The position numbers and the translations under genes were made by a program. From an uncultured Lachnospiraceae bacterium (GTDB lineage Bacteria > Bacillota > Clostridia > Oscillospirales > CAG-272), in contig CAYOFP010000004.1 in assembly GCA_964403505.1 (NCBI GenBank), forward strand, positions 33,978 to 97,977: 64,000 bases of DNA, given 5' to 3'. Positions 55,171 through 63,636 of the stretch are shown piece after piece. Position 1 is the stretch's first letter; each line of letters opens with the position of its first letter. The notes beneath the pieces were generated by a model, which was given only the letters and a program-made list of their open reading frames with translations, searched no databases and had not been told where the DNA came from.

Positions 55171-56616
55171 TTATTCCTCGGAAACCGGAAATTCCACCCA
55201 GAATGTACTGCCTGCGCCGAGTGTGCTCATGACACCGTATCTGCCGCCGTGCTCCGCCATGATCCCACGCACGATAGACAAACCGAGGCCTGTTCCCACC
55301 GCAGAGCGTTTATGGAGGGCATCGACTTTATAATACCGCTCCCATATCAGCGGCAGTTTCTCCTCTGCGATTCCATCTCCCGTATCGGTGACCGATATGC
55401 AGATATAGCCGTCGTGCTCTTCTTCGCTCACGTCGACCTTCTTATCCTCTCCCGTGTATGTCACTGCGTTGTTGACAAGGTTATATATCACCTGCAAAAC
55501 ACGGGTCTCATCACCTATGATATAGTGCTTGTTCTCCCCGTGGTCATAGGAGATATCATATCCGCCCGAGGTGAGCTTTACATATCGTGTCATGGCACGC
55601 TCGACGATATCGGTAATACACAGGCGCTTTTTTTCAAAGGTCTGAGCGCCCGACTGCAGTTTCGATATATCGAGCACATCATTTACAAGAGAGGTCAGCC
55701 GCTCCGTCTCGTCGATGATGACCTGCAGGTTCTCGGGTGTATTCTCCGACGGGATATCACGCATCATCTCGCTGTAACCGGATATCATGGTGAGCGGCGT
55801 TCGCAGGTCGTGCGAAATATTAGCGACCAGCTCTTTTTGCAACTGATCCACCTTGGAAAGCTCGTCTTCCGCATAATTCAGCGTGGCGGCAAGCGTATCC
55901 GCCTCAGAATATCCGCCGCCGGTAAACACGGCGTCATAATCGCCCTGCGCCAGGCGCCTCGCCGATCGGGTGAGCGATATGATCGGCTTTGATATTACCT
56001 GAGAAAGCACAAATGCGAGCAGGACCGACAGGATCACAAGGGCAAGCGTGATATAGACAAGTATGGTATTGAGCGTATTTACCGTTGCACTGACGGGGGA
56101 TATGACAGAATTCAAGAATATGATCGCATTATCTCCGTCTGTAGCATGAACACCCGAGAGCACGATACTCTGCTCGCTGTCCTTATCGTTTACATCAGAC
56201 TGATAGACATTCGGCGAATCCTTTAATCTGGAATAATATACGATACTGTCATCCTTCTCCCGTGCCTGATTATAGATCTTCATCAGCCCTGAGATATTCG
56301 TATGATGTATGATACAGTACGATGCGGCATCGACGCTCACCGTGTCAAACGAGCCGAACTGTGCAAGCACGATGATGCATACGTTGTATTCGTTCGCTAT
56401 CTTCTCGGCATTCTCGGCAAAAGTGCCGTCATCGATCGAGCTCTCGATCCTGCTGTATGCCGTCTTTATCTCCCGTATTTTAATCTGCTTATATATATCC
56501 GATAAAAAAACATTCTGACAAAGCCACAAAAGAATGATCGTGACCGAGGCGAAAGCGCCGAAACATGCGAGCAACTTCCACCTTATGCCGAAACGTCTGT
56601 GCTTACGCCCCTTCAA
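55171..56616 (-). CDS. sensor histidine kinase (HisKA/HATPase_c)
   Basis: 481-aa ORF with two TM helices flanking an extracytoplasmic domain, H-box SHDLRTPLT, N-box NLVNNAVTYT, DTGDGI and GTGLGLSIV. Confidence 0.9.
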   Translation of the reverse strand: MKGRKHRRFGIRWKLLACFGAFASVTIILLWLCQNVFLSDIYKQIKIREIKTAYSRIESSIDDGTFAENAEKIANEYNVCIIVLAQFGSFDTVSVDAASYCIIHHTNISGLMKIYNQAREKDDSIVYYSRLKDSPNVYQSDVNDKDSEQSIVLSGVHATDGDNAIIFLNSVISPVSATVNTLNTILVYITLALVILSVLLAFVLSQVISKPIISLTRSARRLAQGDYDAVFTGGGYSEADTLAATLNYAEDELSKVDQLQKELVANISHDLRTPLTMISGYSEMMRDIPSENTPENLQVIIDETERLTSLVNDVLDISKLQSGAQTFEKKRLCITDIVERAMTRYVKLTSGGYDISYDHGENKHYIIGDETRVLQVIYNLVNNAVTYTGEDKKVDVSEEEHDGYICISVTDTGDGIAEEKLPLIWERYYKVDALHKRSAVGTGLGLSIVRGIMAEHGGRYGVMSTLGAGSTFWVEFPVSEE

Positions 56617-57277
56617 AACGGTACCCCACTCCGCGAAGCGTCACGATAAGATAGCTGTATTCACCAAGCGACCGTCTGAGCAGCTTGATATGTGTATCGA
56701 GCGTTCTGTCATCGCCGTAAAAATCGTATCCCCACACCTCGCAGATCAGCTTCTCTCTCGTGAGCGCAATATTTTTGTTTTTGATAAGGAAAAACAAGAG
56801 GTCATACTCCCTCGGCGACAGATCGACACGCTCTCCGTCTATGGTAACGGTACGTGCCGTCATATCGACGGAAAGGCCGCCGCAGGTAAACACCTCGTTG
56901 CGTGCGCTCACCTTCAGCGTGCGCTTCATCACCGCCTCGACACGCATCATGAGCTCCTTTGGCGAGAATGGCTTCACAACATAATCGTCTGCGCCTATCT
57001 CGAATCCGTTTATCCTGTCGTACTCCTCGCCGCGGGCAGATAATATGATGACGGGAATGTCGGAGATATCCTTTATTTTACGGCAGGCGGAAAAGCCGTC
57101 GAGCATCGGCATCATGATATCCATGATGACGATATCGTAGCTGTTCTTGCGGCACAGCTCCACTGCGCTCATGCCGTCCGACGCCTCGCTGACGTCATGC
57201 CCCTCAAACTCCGCATACTTGCGTATCAGGGTGCGTATCTTCTCTTCATCATCGACTATAAGGATATGATATCCCAT
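56603..57277 (-). CDS. OmpR-family response regulator
   Basis: 224-aa ORF with a receiver domain (ILIVDDE...VIMDIMMP) and a winged-helix domain (LTREKLICEVWG...TLDTHIKLLRRSLG). It overlaps the kinase start by 14 nt. Confidence 0.9.
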   Translation of the reverse strand: MGYHILIVDDEEKIRTLIRKYAEFEGHDVSEASDGMSAVELCRKNSYDIVIMDIMMPMLDGFSACRKIKDISDIPVIILSARGEEYDRINGFEIGADDYVVKPFSPKELMMRVEAVMKRTLKVSARNEVFTCGGLSVDMTARTVTIDGERVDLSPREYDLLFFLIKNKNIALTREKLICEVWGYDFYGDDRTLDTHIKLLRRSLGEYSYLIVTLRGVGYRFEGA

Positions 57278-57291
57278 ATTTTTTCACCTCT

Positions 57292-57614
57292 TAAGCAAAG
57301 CCGACAAATCCGAACCCGATTTTAACGGACGGATTTCCGCCTCTGCTTCGTTAAAATACTCGTGAATCCGATAGGATTCACTGCGTTTTGTGCCTCGCAC
57401 AGACAAAAATCCGCTCCGTTAAAATTCTTCGACCTGAAAGAGCAGAATTTAGAGTGATTTTTGGTGCGGAGGAAGCCGCAAGGCTTTGCCTTGCTCGGAA
57501 CGCCCCAAGACTCGACTACGCTCGTCTCGGGGAACCCCACGCGCAATGACGACAATCCGAAAAGCACCGAAATTCTGCTCTTTCAGGCGGGTTCGGATTC
57601 GTCGGCTTTGCTTA
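57292..57614 (-). repeat. family B structured foldback repeat, copy B1 (323 nt, abuts the RBS of the response-regulator gene)
   Basis: The core is near-identical to B2, with one 50-nt insertion (57495-57544). Outer clamp TAAGCA/TGCTTA. The strand is assigned by the orientation shared with B2 and the downstream genes. Confidence 0.85.
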
Positions 57615-57617
57615 CAG

Positions 57618-57643
57618 AAAAAAGCGGACATTTCCGCTTTTTT
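57618..57643 (-). terminator. intrinsic terminator after the htrA-like gene
   Basis: AAAAAAGCGGAcattTCCGCTTTTTT, 4 nt past the stop codon. Confidence 0.8.
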
Positions 57644-57646
57644 CTT

Positions 57647-59041
57647 TTACTGCTGTTTTTCTACCAGCGTAACTTTTACTTCCACCATCTTGCGGCTACG
57701 GGATACCGTAACCGTGACCTCGTCGCCGATTTCATAATCCGCTAGGATCTCACTTATGTCGTCAAATCCCGTGACACTGATACCGTTGATAGCAATAAAT
57801 CTGTCGCCGACTTCAAAATTCTCCTGCGTGTCTGATACGATATATACACCGAGACTATCGATATATTTGCCTATCTCGCTGTTCTTATATTGATAATAAT
57901 CCGACATATCGCTGATCTCAACGACTGACACTCCGAGTGCGGGACGTCCCGATACATAACCGTTCGTTATCAGTTCCTGTGCCACCTCGTATGCCGTGTC
58001 GATCGGTATGGCAAAGCCGAGTCCCTCGATGTCGTCACCCGACGACTTCGCATTGACGATACCAATGAGCTCACCATCCATATTGAACAGGCCTCCGCCC
58101 GAGTTTCCGGGGTTTATCGCCGCATCCGTCTGCAGCAAACGCATTTTATTTCCGTCTATTTCGACCTCACGGTCGAGCGCCGAAATGATACCGCAGGTCA
58201 CAGTGCCTCCGAGCTGCCCGAGAGGATTACCGATAGCGACGGCCTGCTGACCGACGATGAGAGATTCGCTCGAACCGAGCGTCGCGGCATGAAGCGACTC
58301 TGCCTCTATTTTGATGACGGCGATATCCGCTTGTGCATCTGTTGCCACTAGGGTTGCCGTATACTCCGATTCGTCCTTCAGCCTTACCTTTATCGTATCT
58401 GCGCCTGAGATGACATGATTATTTGTGATGATATATCCATCCTCGGAAATAATAACTCCGCTGCCTGCGCCCTCGGAAATATAATTTCCGAAAAACGTGC
58501 CGTTCACGACCGCCTCCGTCGTTATCTCAACGACCGTATCTGCGACGCTCTCGGCAACGGCGGCGACACTCCCCTCGGGAATCTCTACGGTAGTGCCGTT
58601 CGATTCAACCTTATTTACAGTGACGTTTCCGCCGCCGAAATAGCCCGGATTCAACTCTCCGTATAAATACGCTCCTCCGAATCCGCCGGCGCAGGATATT
58701 ACGAGACAGGCAATCAGCAATAAAGCGATTCCGCCTGCTCCCATCCCTCGCTTCTGCTTTTTTTGTTCCGATGGAGCCTGCACCGTGGGCTGTGCATACA
58801 TGTTAGAATATGCGGCTCTTTGGTCGGGATATCCGTTATATACCGCCCGAGGCTCGGGCGCTCTATATCCCGTATCTGCCGGCGGCTCCGGGGATGACGC
58901 CTGAGCGTCAGTGATACTGCTGTCGGAATCGGTATTTACTTCTACTTTTACCTCGTTTTCAGCAGGCGGAGCGGATACAACATTATCGGCTTCTTCGGCC
59001 GGAGTGAAATCTTCTCTTTCAAAATCAAAATCATTATCCAT
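57647..59041 (-). CDS. htrA: HtrA/DegP-like serine protease (S1C) with PDZ domain
   Basis: 464-aa ORF with a low-complexity N-terminus, a TM anchor, the catalytic triad context TNNHV / DIAVIKI / GNSGGGLF, and a C-terminal PDZ-like domain. Confidence 0.9.
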   Translation of the reverse strand: MDNDFDFEREDFTPAEEADNVVSAPPAENEVKVEVNTDSDSSITDAQASSPEPPADTGYRAPEPRAVYNGYPDQRAAYSNMYAQPTVQAPSEQKKQKRGMGAGGIALLLIACLVISCAGGFGGAYLYGELNPGYFGGGNVTVNKVESNGTTVEIPEGSVAAVAESVADTVVEITTEAVVNGTFFGNYISEGAGSGVIISEDGYIITNNHVISGADTIKVRLKDESEYTATLVATDAQADIAVIKIEAESLHAATLGSSESLIVGQQAVAIGNPLGQLGGTVTCGIISALDREVEIDGNKMRLLQTDAAINPGNSGGGLFNMDGELIGIVNAKSSGDDIEGLGFAIPIDTAYEVAQELITNGYVSGRPALGVSVVEISDMSDYYQYKNSEIGKYIDSLGVYIVSDTQENFEVGDRFIAINGISVTGFDDISEILADYEIGDEVTVTVSRSRKMVEVKVTLVEKQQ

Positions 59042-59056
59042 AGTTTCATCCTCCTT

Positions 59057-59329
59057 TAAGCATAGGAGGATAATCCGAACCCGATTTTAACGGACGGATT
59101 TCCGCCTCTGCTTTGTTAAAATACTCGTGAATCCGATAGGATTCACTGCGTTTTGTGCCTCGCACAGACAAAAATCCGCTCCGTTAAAATTCTTCGACCT
59201 GAAAGAGCAGAATTTAGAGTGATTTTTGGTGCGGAGGAAGCCGCAAGGCTTTGCCTTGCAATAACGACAATCCGAAAAGCACCGAAATTCTGCTCTTTCA
59301 GGCGGGTTCGGATTGTTCTCCTATGCTTA
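59057..59329 (-). repeat. family B structured foldback repeat, copy B2 (273 nt, abuts the RBS of htrA)
   Basis: TAAGCA-TAGGAGGAT-AATCCGAACCCG...CGGGTTCGGATT-GTTCTCCTA-TGCTTA, with multiple nested perfect stems (see findings). Confidence 0.85.
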
Positions 59330-59386
59330 TCACAAGCATATTATAGCCATTCAATGTGACGGTTTTATGACGGTTAGCAAAAACAT

Positions 59387-60355
59387 TTATGAAAAAGCAT
59401 ATTCCGTCACGGAATAGTACTCATCCCCCGGCAAAAGAACGCAGGACGGGAAATCGGGACGGTTGGGCGTATCGGGATAATACTGCGTCTCAAGGCAGAC
59501 CGCTCCCCGCAACGTCTGAGATACGCCGCCTTTCAGGCAGGGACTCTCGTTATTCATATAGTTCGCCGTATACAACTGTATGCCGGGCATATCCGTATAA
59601 ACATCCATTTTTATGCCGCTTTTATCACCGACAAGCGATGCGCATTTTCTGAAACCGTTTCCGGGAAGGACATAATTATGGTCGTAGCCGTGCGCAAGCG
59701 TGAGCTGATCGTATGCTTCGCCGATGCGCTCTCCGATCTTCCTCGGCTCTCTGAAATCAAAGGGCGTACCCTCGACCGATCTGTTTTCGGCAAGGGGGAT
59801 GCTCGCCCCGTCGGTAGGTGTGAACAGGTCTGCGGAAATACACAGCGTATGATCGAGCACGCTACCGCCGCCATTAAGATTAAAATAGGTATGATTCGTG
59901 AGGTTGCACACCGTCTTTTTATCACAGAGCGCACGGTACTCTATCCTGAGCGCCGCACCCGAGAGAGAATACGTTATCTCCACCTTAAGCTCGCCCGGGA
60001 AGCCGTCCTCCAGATCAGGCGAAAGGTAGGAGCATATCAGACCATTCTGCCCGTATTCACATTTATAATATCTGTTTGCATAGCCGTGACCGCCGTGAAG
60101 GCAGTTTTCACCGTCATTTGCAGGCAGACGGTATTCCACTCCGTCAAGGGTAAAGCATGCCTTTGCGATACGGTTTGCATATCTGCCGACACAGGCGCCG
60201 AAATTTGCCGCTGTATCGAGGATAAGATCTTCTGCCTCGGGGCCGCATACGACATCCACTCCCTTATATTCGAGGGAAACGAGCCTCGCACCGTAATCTG
60301 CTATTTTCGCACGTAAAAATTCATTTTCTAAAGTATATAGTTCCATTATTTTCAT
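59387..60355 (-). CDS. galM: aldose 1-epimerase (mutarotase)
   Basis: 322-aa ORF with GRYANRI, NCLHGG and TNHTYFNL, typical of the aldose epimerase family. Confidence 0.85.
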   Translation of the reverse strand: MKIMELYTLENEFLRAKIADYGARLVSLEYKGVDVVCGPEAEDLILDTAANFGACVGRYANRIAKACFTLDGVEYRLPANDGENCLHGGHGYANRYYKCEYGQNGLICSYLSPDLEDGFPGELKVEITYSLSGAALRIEYRALCDKKTVCNLTNHTYFNLNGGGSVLDHTLCISADLFTPTDGASIPLAENRSVEGTPFDFREPRKIGERIGEAYDQLTLAHGYDHNYVLPGNGFRKCASLVGDKSGIKMDVYTDMPGIQLYTANYMNNESPCLKGGVSQTLRGAVCLETQYYPDTPNRPDFPSCVLLPGDEYYSVTEYAFS

Positions 60356-60438
60356 CTCCTTTTATTATTATACTTTATTTTGTCTGTTAAATCAAGAATA
60401 AAAATGCGCCGGAAAACGATAATATTTACGGTGATATT

Positions 60439-61737
60439 ATGGATTCAATGTGGCTGAAATACGCAGACATGCCGAAATTCGATACTCCGGCAAAAGATAT
60501 AGAAACAGACACGCTCATAATCGGCGCAGGAATGGCAGGAATACTGTGCGGATATTTCCTTGAGCGTGCAGGAAAGGACTATACGATCGTTGAGGCAAAC
60601 AGGATCGCATGCGGCATAACGGAACATACGACAGCAAAGATCACCTCTCAGCACGGTCTGATCTACGGAAAGCTGATTCGTGAGTTCGGGCACAAAAAGG
60701 CGAAGCTCTATCTCGAGGCAAACGAGGCGGCGATCAAAAAATACCGTGCGTTATGTCATGACGCAGACTGCGATTTCGAGGAAAAATGCGCATTTGTTTA
60801 CTCAAAAGACGACAGAGGCAAACTTCTCAAGGAGATATCGGACTTAAAAAGCATCGGCTGTCACGCATATTATTCATCTCAGACGCCGCTCCCCCTGCAG
60901 ACGGCCGGGGCGGTAAAATTCACTACCCAAGCGCAGTTCAATCCCCTTAGATTCATCTCTCATATCGCAAAGGGACTGAATATTTACGAAAACACCGAAA
61001 TAAAAGAGCTCAAAGGATTCACGGCATATACCGCAAACCACAAAATAAAAGCAAAAAACATCATCATCACGACTCACTTCCCTTTTATAAATAAACACGG
61101 TCTGTATTTTCTGAAAATGTACCAGAATCGCTCGTATGTGATAGCGCTGGAGGGTGCGCCCGACTATGGCGGTATGTATATCGACGAGGCAGAGGGCGGT
61201 CTTTCCTTCCGAAATTACAAGGATCTTTTGCTGCTCGGCGGCGAGAGCCACAGGACAGGCAAGCCAAGCGGCGCATGGGATGCGCTCGAAAATTTCGCTA
61301 TGCATAAAATCCCCGGATGCCGTGTCAGATACCGCTTTGCGGCGCAGGACTGCATGACCCTCGACGGGATACCGTATATCGGCAGGTATTCTAAGAATAC
61401 AGACGGCTTGTATGTCGCAACGGGCTTCAACAAATGGGGCATGACCTCGTCTATGGTTGCGGCATCGCTTTTATGCGATATGATATGCGAAAAAGACAAT
61501 AAATACGCAGAGGTCTTTTCCCCATCGAGGAGCATCCTGCACCCTCAGCTCGCCGTAAACGCATATGAGGCGCTGTGCTCATGGTGCTGCCCTACGACAA
61601 AGCGTTGTCCCCACCTCGGCTGTGCGCTCAAATGGAATAAGCACGAGCATACATGGGACTGCCCGTGTCACGGCTCACGTTTTACCGAGGACGGAAAACT
61701 GATCGACAACCCTGCAACCGGTGATTTAAAAAAATAA
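60439..61737 (+). CDS. FAD-dependent oxidoreductase with C-terminal Rieske [2Fe-2S] domain
   Basis: 432-aa ORF with the N-terminal dinucleotide fold LIIGAGMAGILCG and the C-terminal Rieske motif CPHLGC...CPCHGS. Confidence 0.8.
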   Translation: MDSMWLKYADMPKFDTPAKDIETDTLIIGAGMAGILCGYFLERAGKDYTIVEANRIACGITEHTTAKITSQHGLIYGKLIREFGHKKAKLYLEANEAAIKKYRALCHDADCDFEEKCAFVYSKDDRGKLLKEISDLKSIGCHAYYSSQTPLPLQTAGAVKFTTQAQFNPLRFISHIAKGLNIYENTEIKELKGFTAYTANHKIKAKNIIITTHFPFINKHGLYFLKMYQNRSYVIALEGAPDYGGMYIDEAEGGLSFRNYKDLLLLGGESHRTGKPSGAWDALENFAMHKIPGCRVRYRFAAQDCMTLDGIPYIGRYSKNTDGLYVATGFNKWGMTSSMVAASLLCDMICEKDNKYAEVFSPSRSILHPQLAVNAYEALCSWCCPTTKRCPHLGCALKWNKHEHTWDCPCHGSRFTEDGKLIDNPATGDLKK

Positions 61738-61834
61738 CGTATCTTACAGTTTTGTATATATTTTCACTTGAAAAATATCATTATTTTGGTATAATATAAC
61801 ATATAATATCGCAAAAATTTTTGGAGGTTCGATA

Positions 61835-62953
61835 ATGAAACTTTATGAAGGCTTTGTATGTCACCCGACAGTATGCGCTGTCGGCGAAAAATATCAGATA
61901 ATGATACCCGTCAAGTACGATATGCTGATCTCGGTCCGGATAGGAGACAGAGAGTATTTCAATCACTCGAACGGAATACGCATATCCTCAGGCGAAGTGC
62001 AGAGGATCACAGTACCCCAAAAGGCGCTCGATGCGGCAAAAAAATACACCGTCACCGTGCGCAAAATGATAGAGCGCAAGCCCTATTACCCGGTAACCGA
62101 GGACCTGATCGAGTTAGAGTACGATTTCAAGCCGCTCGAAAAGACGGAAAACATCAATATATATCAGGTAGCAGACGCACACGGCGTCATAACCGAAGCA
62201 ATTGACGCCGGAAAATACTACGGGGACGACACCGACCTCATCGTGCTGAACGGCGACGTGCTGGATTCGGCATCGAGCGTGGAGGCGATCATCGCACTCT
62301 ACAAAATAGCATCGGGAATCGGAGGCGGCGGAATCCCCTGCGTCATTTCACGTGGAAATCACGACCTGCGCGGCATCTGCGCAGAGAGGCTCGCAAATTA
62401 CATGCCGAATGACAACGGAAACTCCTATTATACCTTCCGTGTCGGATGCATATGGGGGATCCTCGTCGATTGCGGCGAGGATAAGGTCGACGAACATGCA
62501 GAATACGGCCACACCATCTGCTGTCATGAATTCCGCCTCGAGGAGACCGATTTTATCAAAGAAGTCATCGAAAACGCAGACAAGGAATATTCGGCAGACG
62601 ACGTCAAATACCGCCTTGTGATTTCACATAATCCCTTTGCGCATACCATCTATCCCCCGTTTGATATCGAGCAACCCCTCTTTGCAGAATGGTCAAAGCT
62701 CTTAAAGGATCATGTAAAGCCGGATCTTATGCTCTGCGGACACATTCACACCCTCGCAATATCCGAGTACGGAGGCGAATACGACCAAAAGGGACAGCCC
62801 TGCCGCACGCTGATCGGCTCTGATGTCAAGAAAAACGAGGACGGCAGCGCAGTATACACGGGCATGGGCGTGACCCTGCACGAAGAACAGGCGGATGTAG
62901 TATTCAATTCAAATGAAAAGGTCATTGAAGAACACACCGTAAGATACAAATAA
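61835..62953 (+). CDS. metallophosphoesterase
   Basis: 372-aa ORF with calcineurin-like motifs (VADAHG, LNGDVLD, SRGNHD, CGHIHT). Confidence 0.75.
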   Translation: MKLYEGFVCHPTVCAVGEKYQIMIPVKYDMLISVRIGDREYFNHSNGIRISSGEVQRITVPQKALDAAKKYTVTVRKMIERKPYYPVTEDLIELEYDFKPLEKTENINIYQVADAHGVITEAIDAGKYYGDDTDLIVLNGDVLDSASSVEAIIALYKIASGIGGGGIPCVISRGNHDLRGICAERLANYMPNDNGNSYYTFRVGCIWGILVDCGEDKVDEHAEYGHTICCHEFRLEETDFIKEVIENADKEYSADDVKYRLVISHNPFAHTIYPPFDIEQPLFAEWSKLLKDHVKPDLMLCGHIHTLAISEYGGEYDQKGQPCRTLIGSDVKKNEDGSAVYTGMGVTLHEEQADVVFNSNEKVIEEHTVRYK

Positions 62954-62958
62954 GAACC

Positions 62959-63636
62959 GTGGAAATCAAGGAGATCGCACATATACATACGCTCTTTCCC
63001 GACAAATTCGGCATACCGAGGCAAAGCGGCATGGCGGACCTCCCCTGCGAGATCGTATTCACCCCCGAATACCGGGTCGATGAAGCTCTGCGTGGGATAG
63101 AGGATTTTTCACATCTGTGGCTGATATGGGGATTTTCCCTCTCCGATAAAAAGAAGTGGTCGCCCACCGTGCGCCCACCGAGGCTCGGCGGCAATAAGCG
63201 TATCGGCGTTTTCGCCACACGCTCGCCCTACCGACCGAACCCGATCGGTCTGTCCTCGGTCAGGCTCTTAAGCGTGGAAAAGACCGATAAATACGGAAAA
63301 ATACTGCGCATCTCCGGTGCGGATATGGCAGACGGCACGCCGATCTACGATATCAAGCCGTATCTTGCCTACACAGACTCGCACCCGGACGCCGCAGGAG
63401 CATATGCTGACGACGCTCTGCGTCATATGCTCGATGTTGAGTTTGCCCCCGGAACGGAAGCACTGCTCCCGTCTGAGCTGATACAGGGGGTACGCTCACT
63501 GCTCGCCTGCGATCCCCGCCCGTCGTATCACGACGACCCCGGGCGGATATACGGCGTACATATAGCAGGATACGACATACGGTTTACCGTCGAAAAAAAC
63601 AAATTAACAGTTAAGGAAATCATACAAAATGGCTAA
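62959..63636 (+). CDS. trmO: tRNA (m6t6A37) methyltransferase TrmO/TsaA
   Basis: 225-aa ORF with a GTG start, FPDKFGIPRQSG, RPNPIGLS and DGTPIYDIKPY. Confidence 0.85.
   Translation: MEIKEIAHIHTLFPDKFGIPRQSGMADLPCEIVFTPEYRVDEALRGIEDFSHLWLIWGFSLSDKKKWSPTVRPPRLGGNKRIGVFATRSPYRPNPIGLSSVRLLSVEKTDKYGKILRISGADMADGTPIYDIKPYLAYTDSHPDAAGAYADDALRHMLDVEFAPGTEALLPSELIQGVRSLLACDPRPSYHDDPGRIYGVHIAGYDIRFTVEKNKLTVKEIIQNG

Noticed and set aside
834-56000. Long antisense or shadow ORFs (for example 834-1406, 2431-3219, 9859-10461, 16291-17337, 17364-17981, 19777-20619, 27589-28440, 37617-38519, 42023-42889, 55027-55992)
   Set aside because: Each lies opposite, or out of frame within, a confidently identified conserved gene. 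Their compositions are Arg/Ser/Cys/His-rich and low-complexity, and they have no RBS. These are typical frame shadows.
57322-59359. Short ORFs inside the family B repeats (57322-57567, 57449-57631, 57461-57745, 59153-59359)
   Set aside because: They are on different strands and frames in the two copies, have no RBS, and are interrupted by the 50-nt indel. The nested-helix structure explains the conservation better than coding does.
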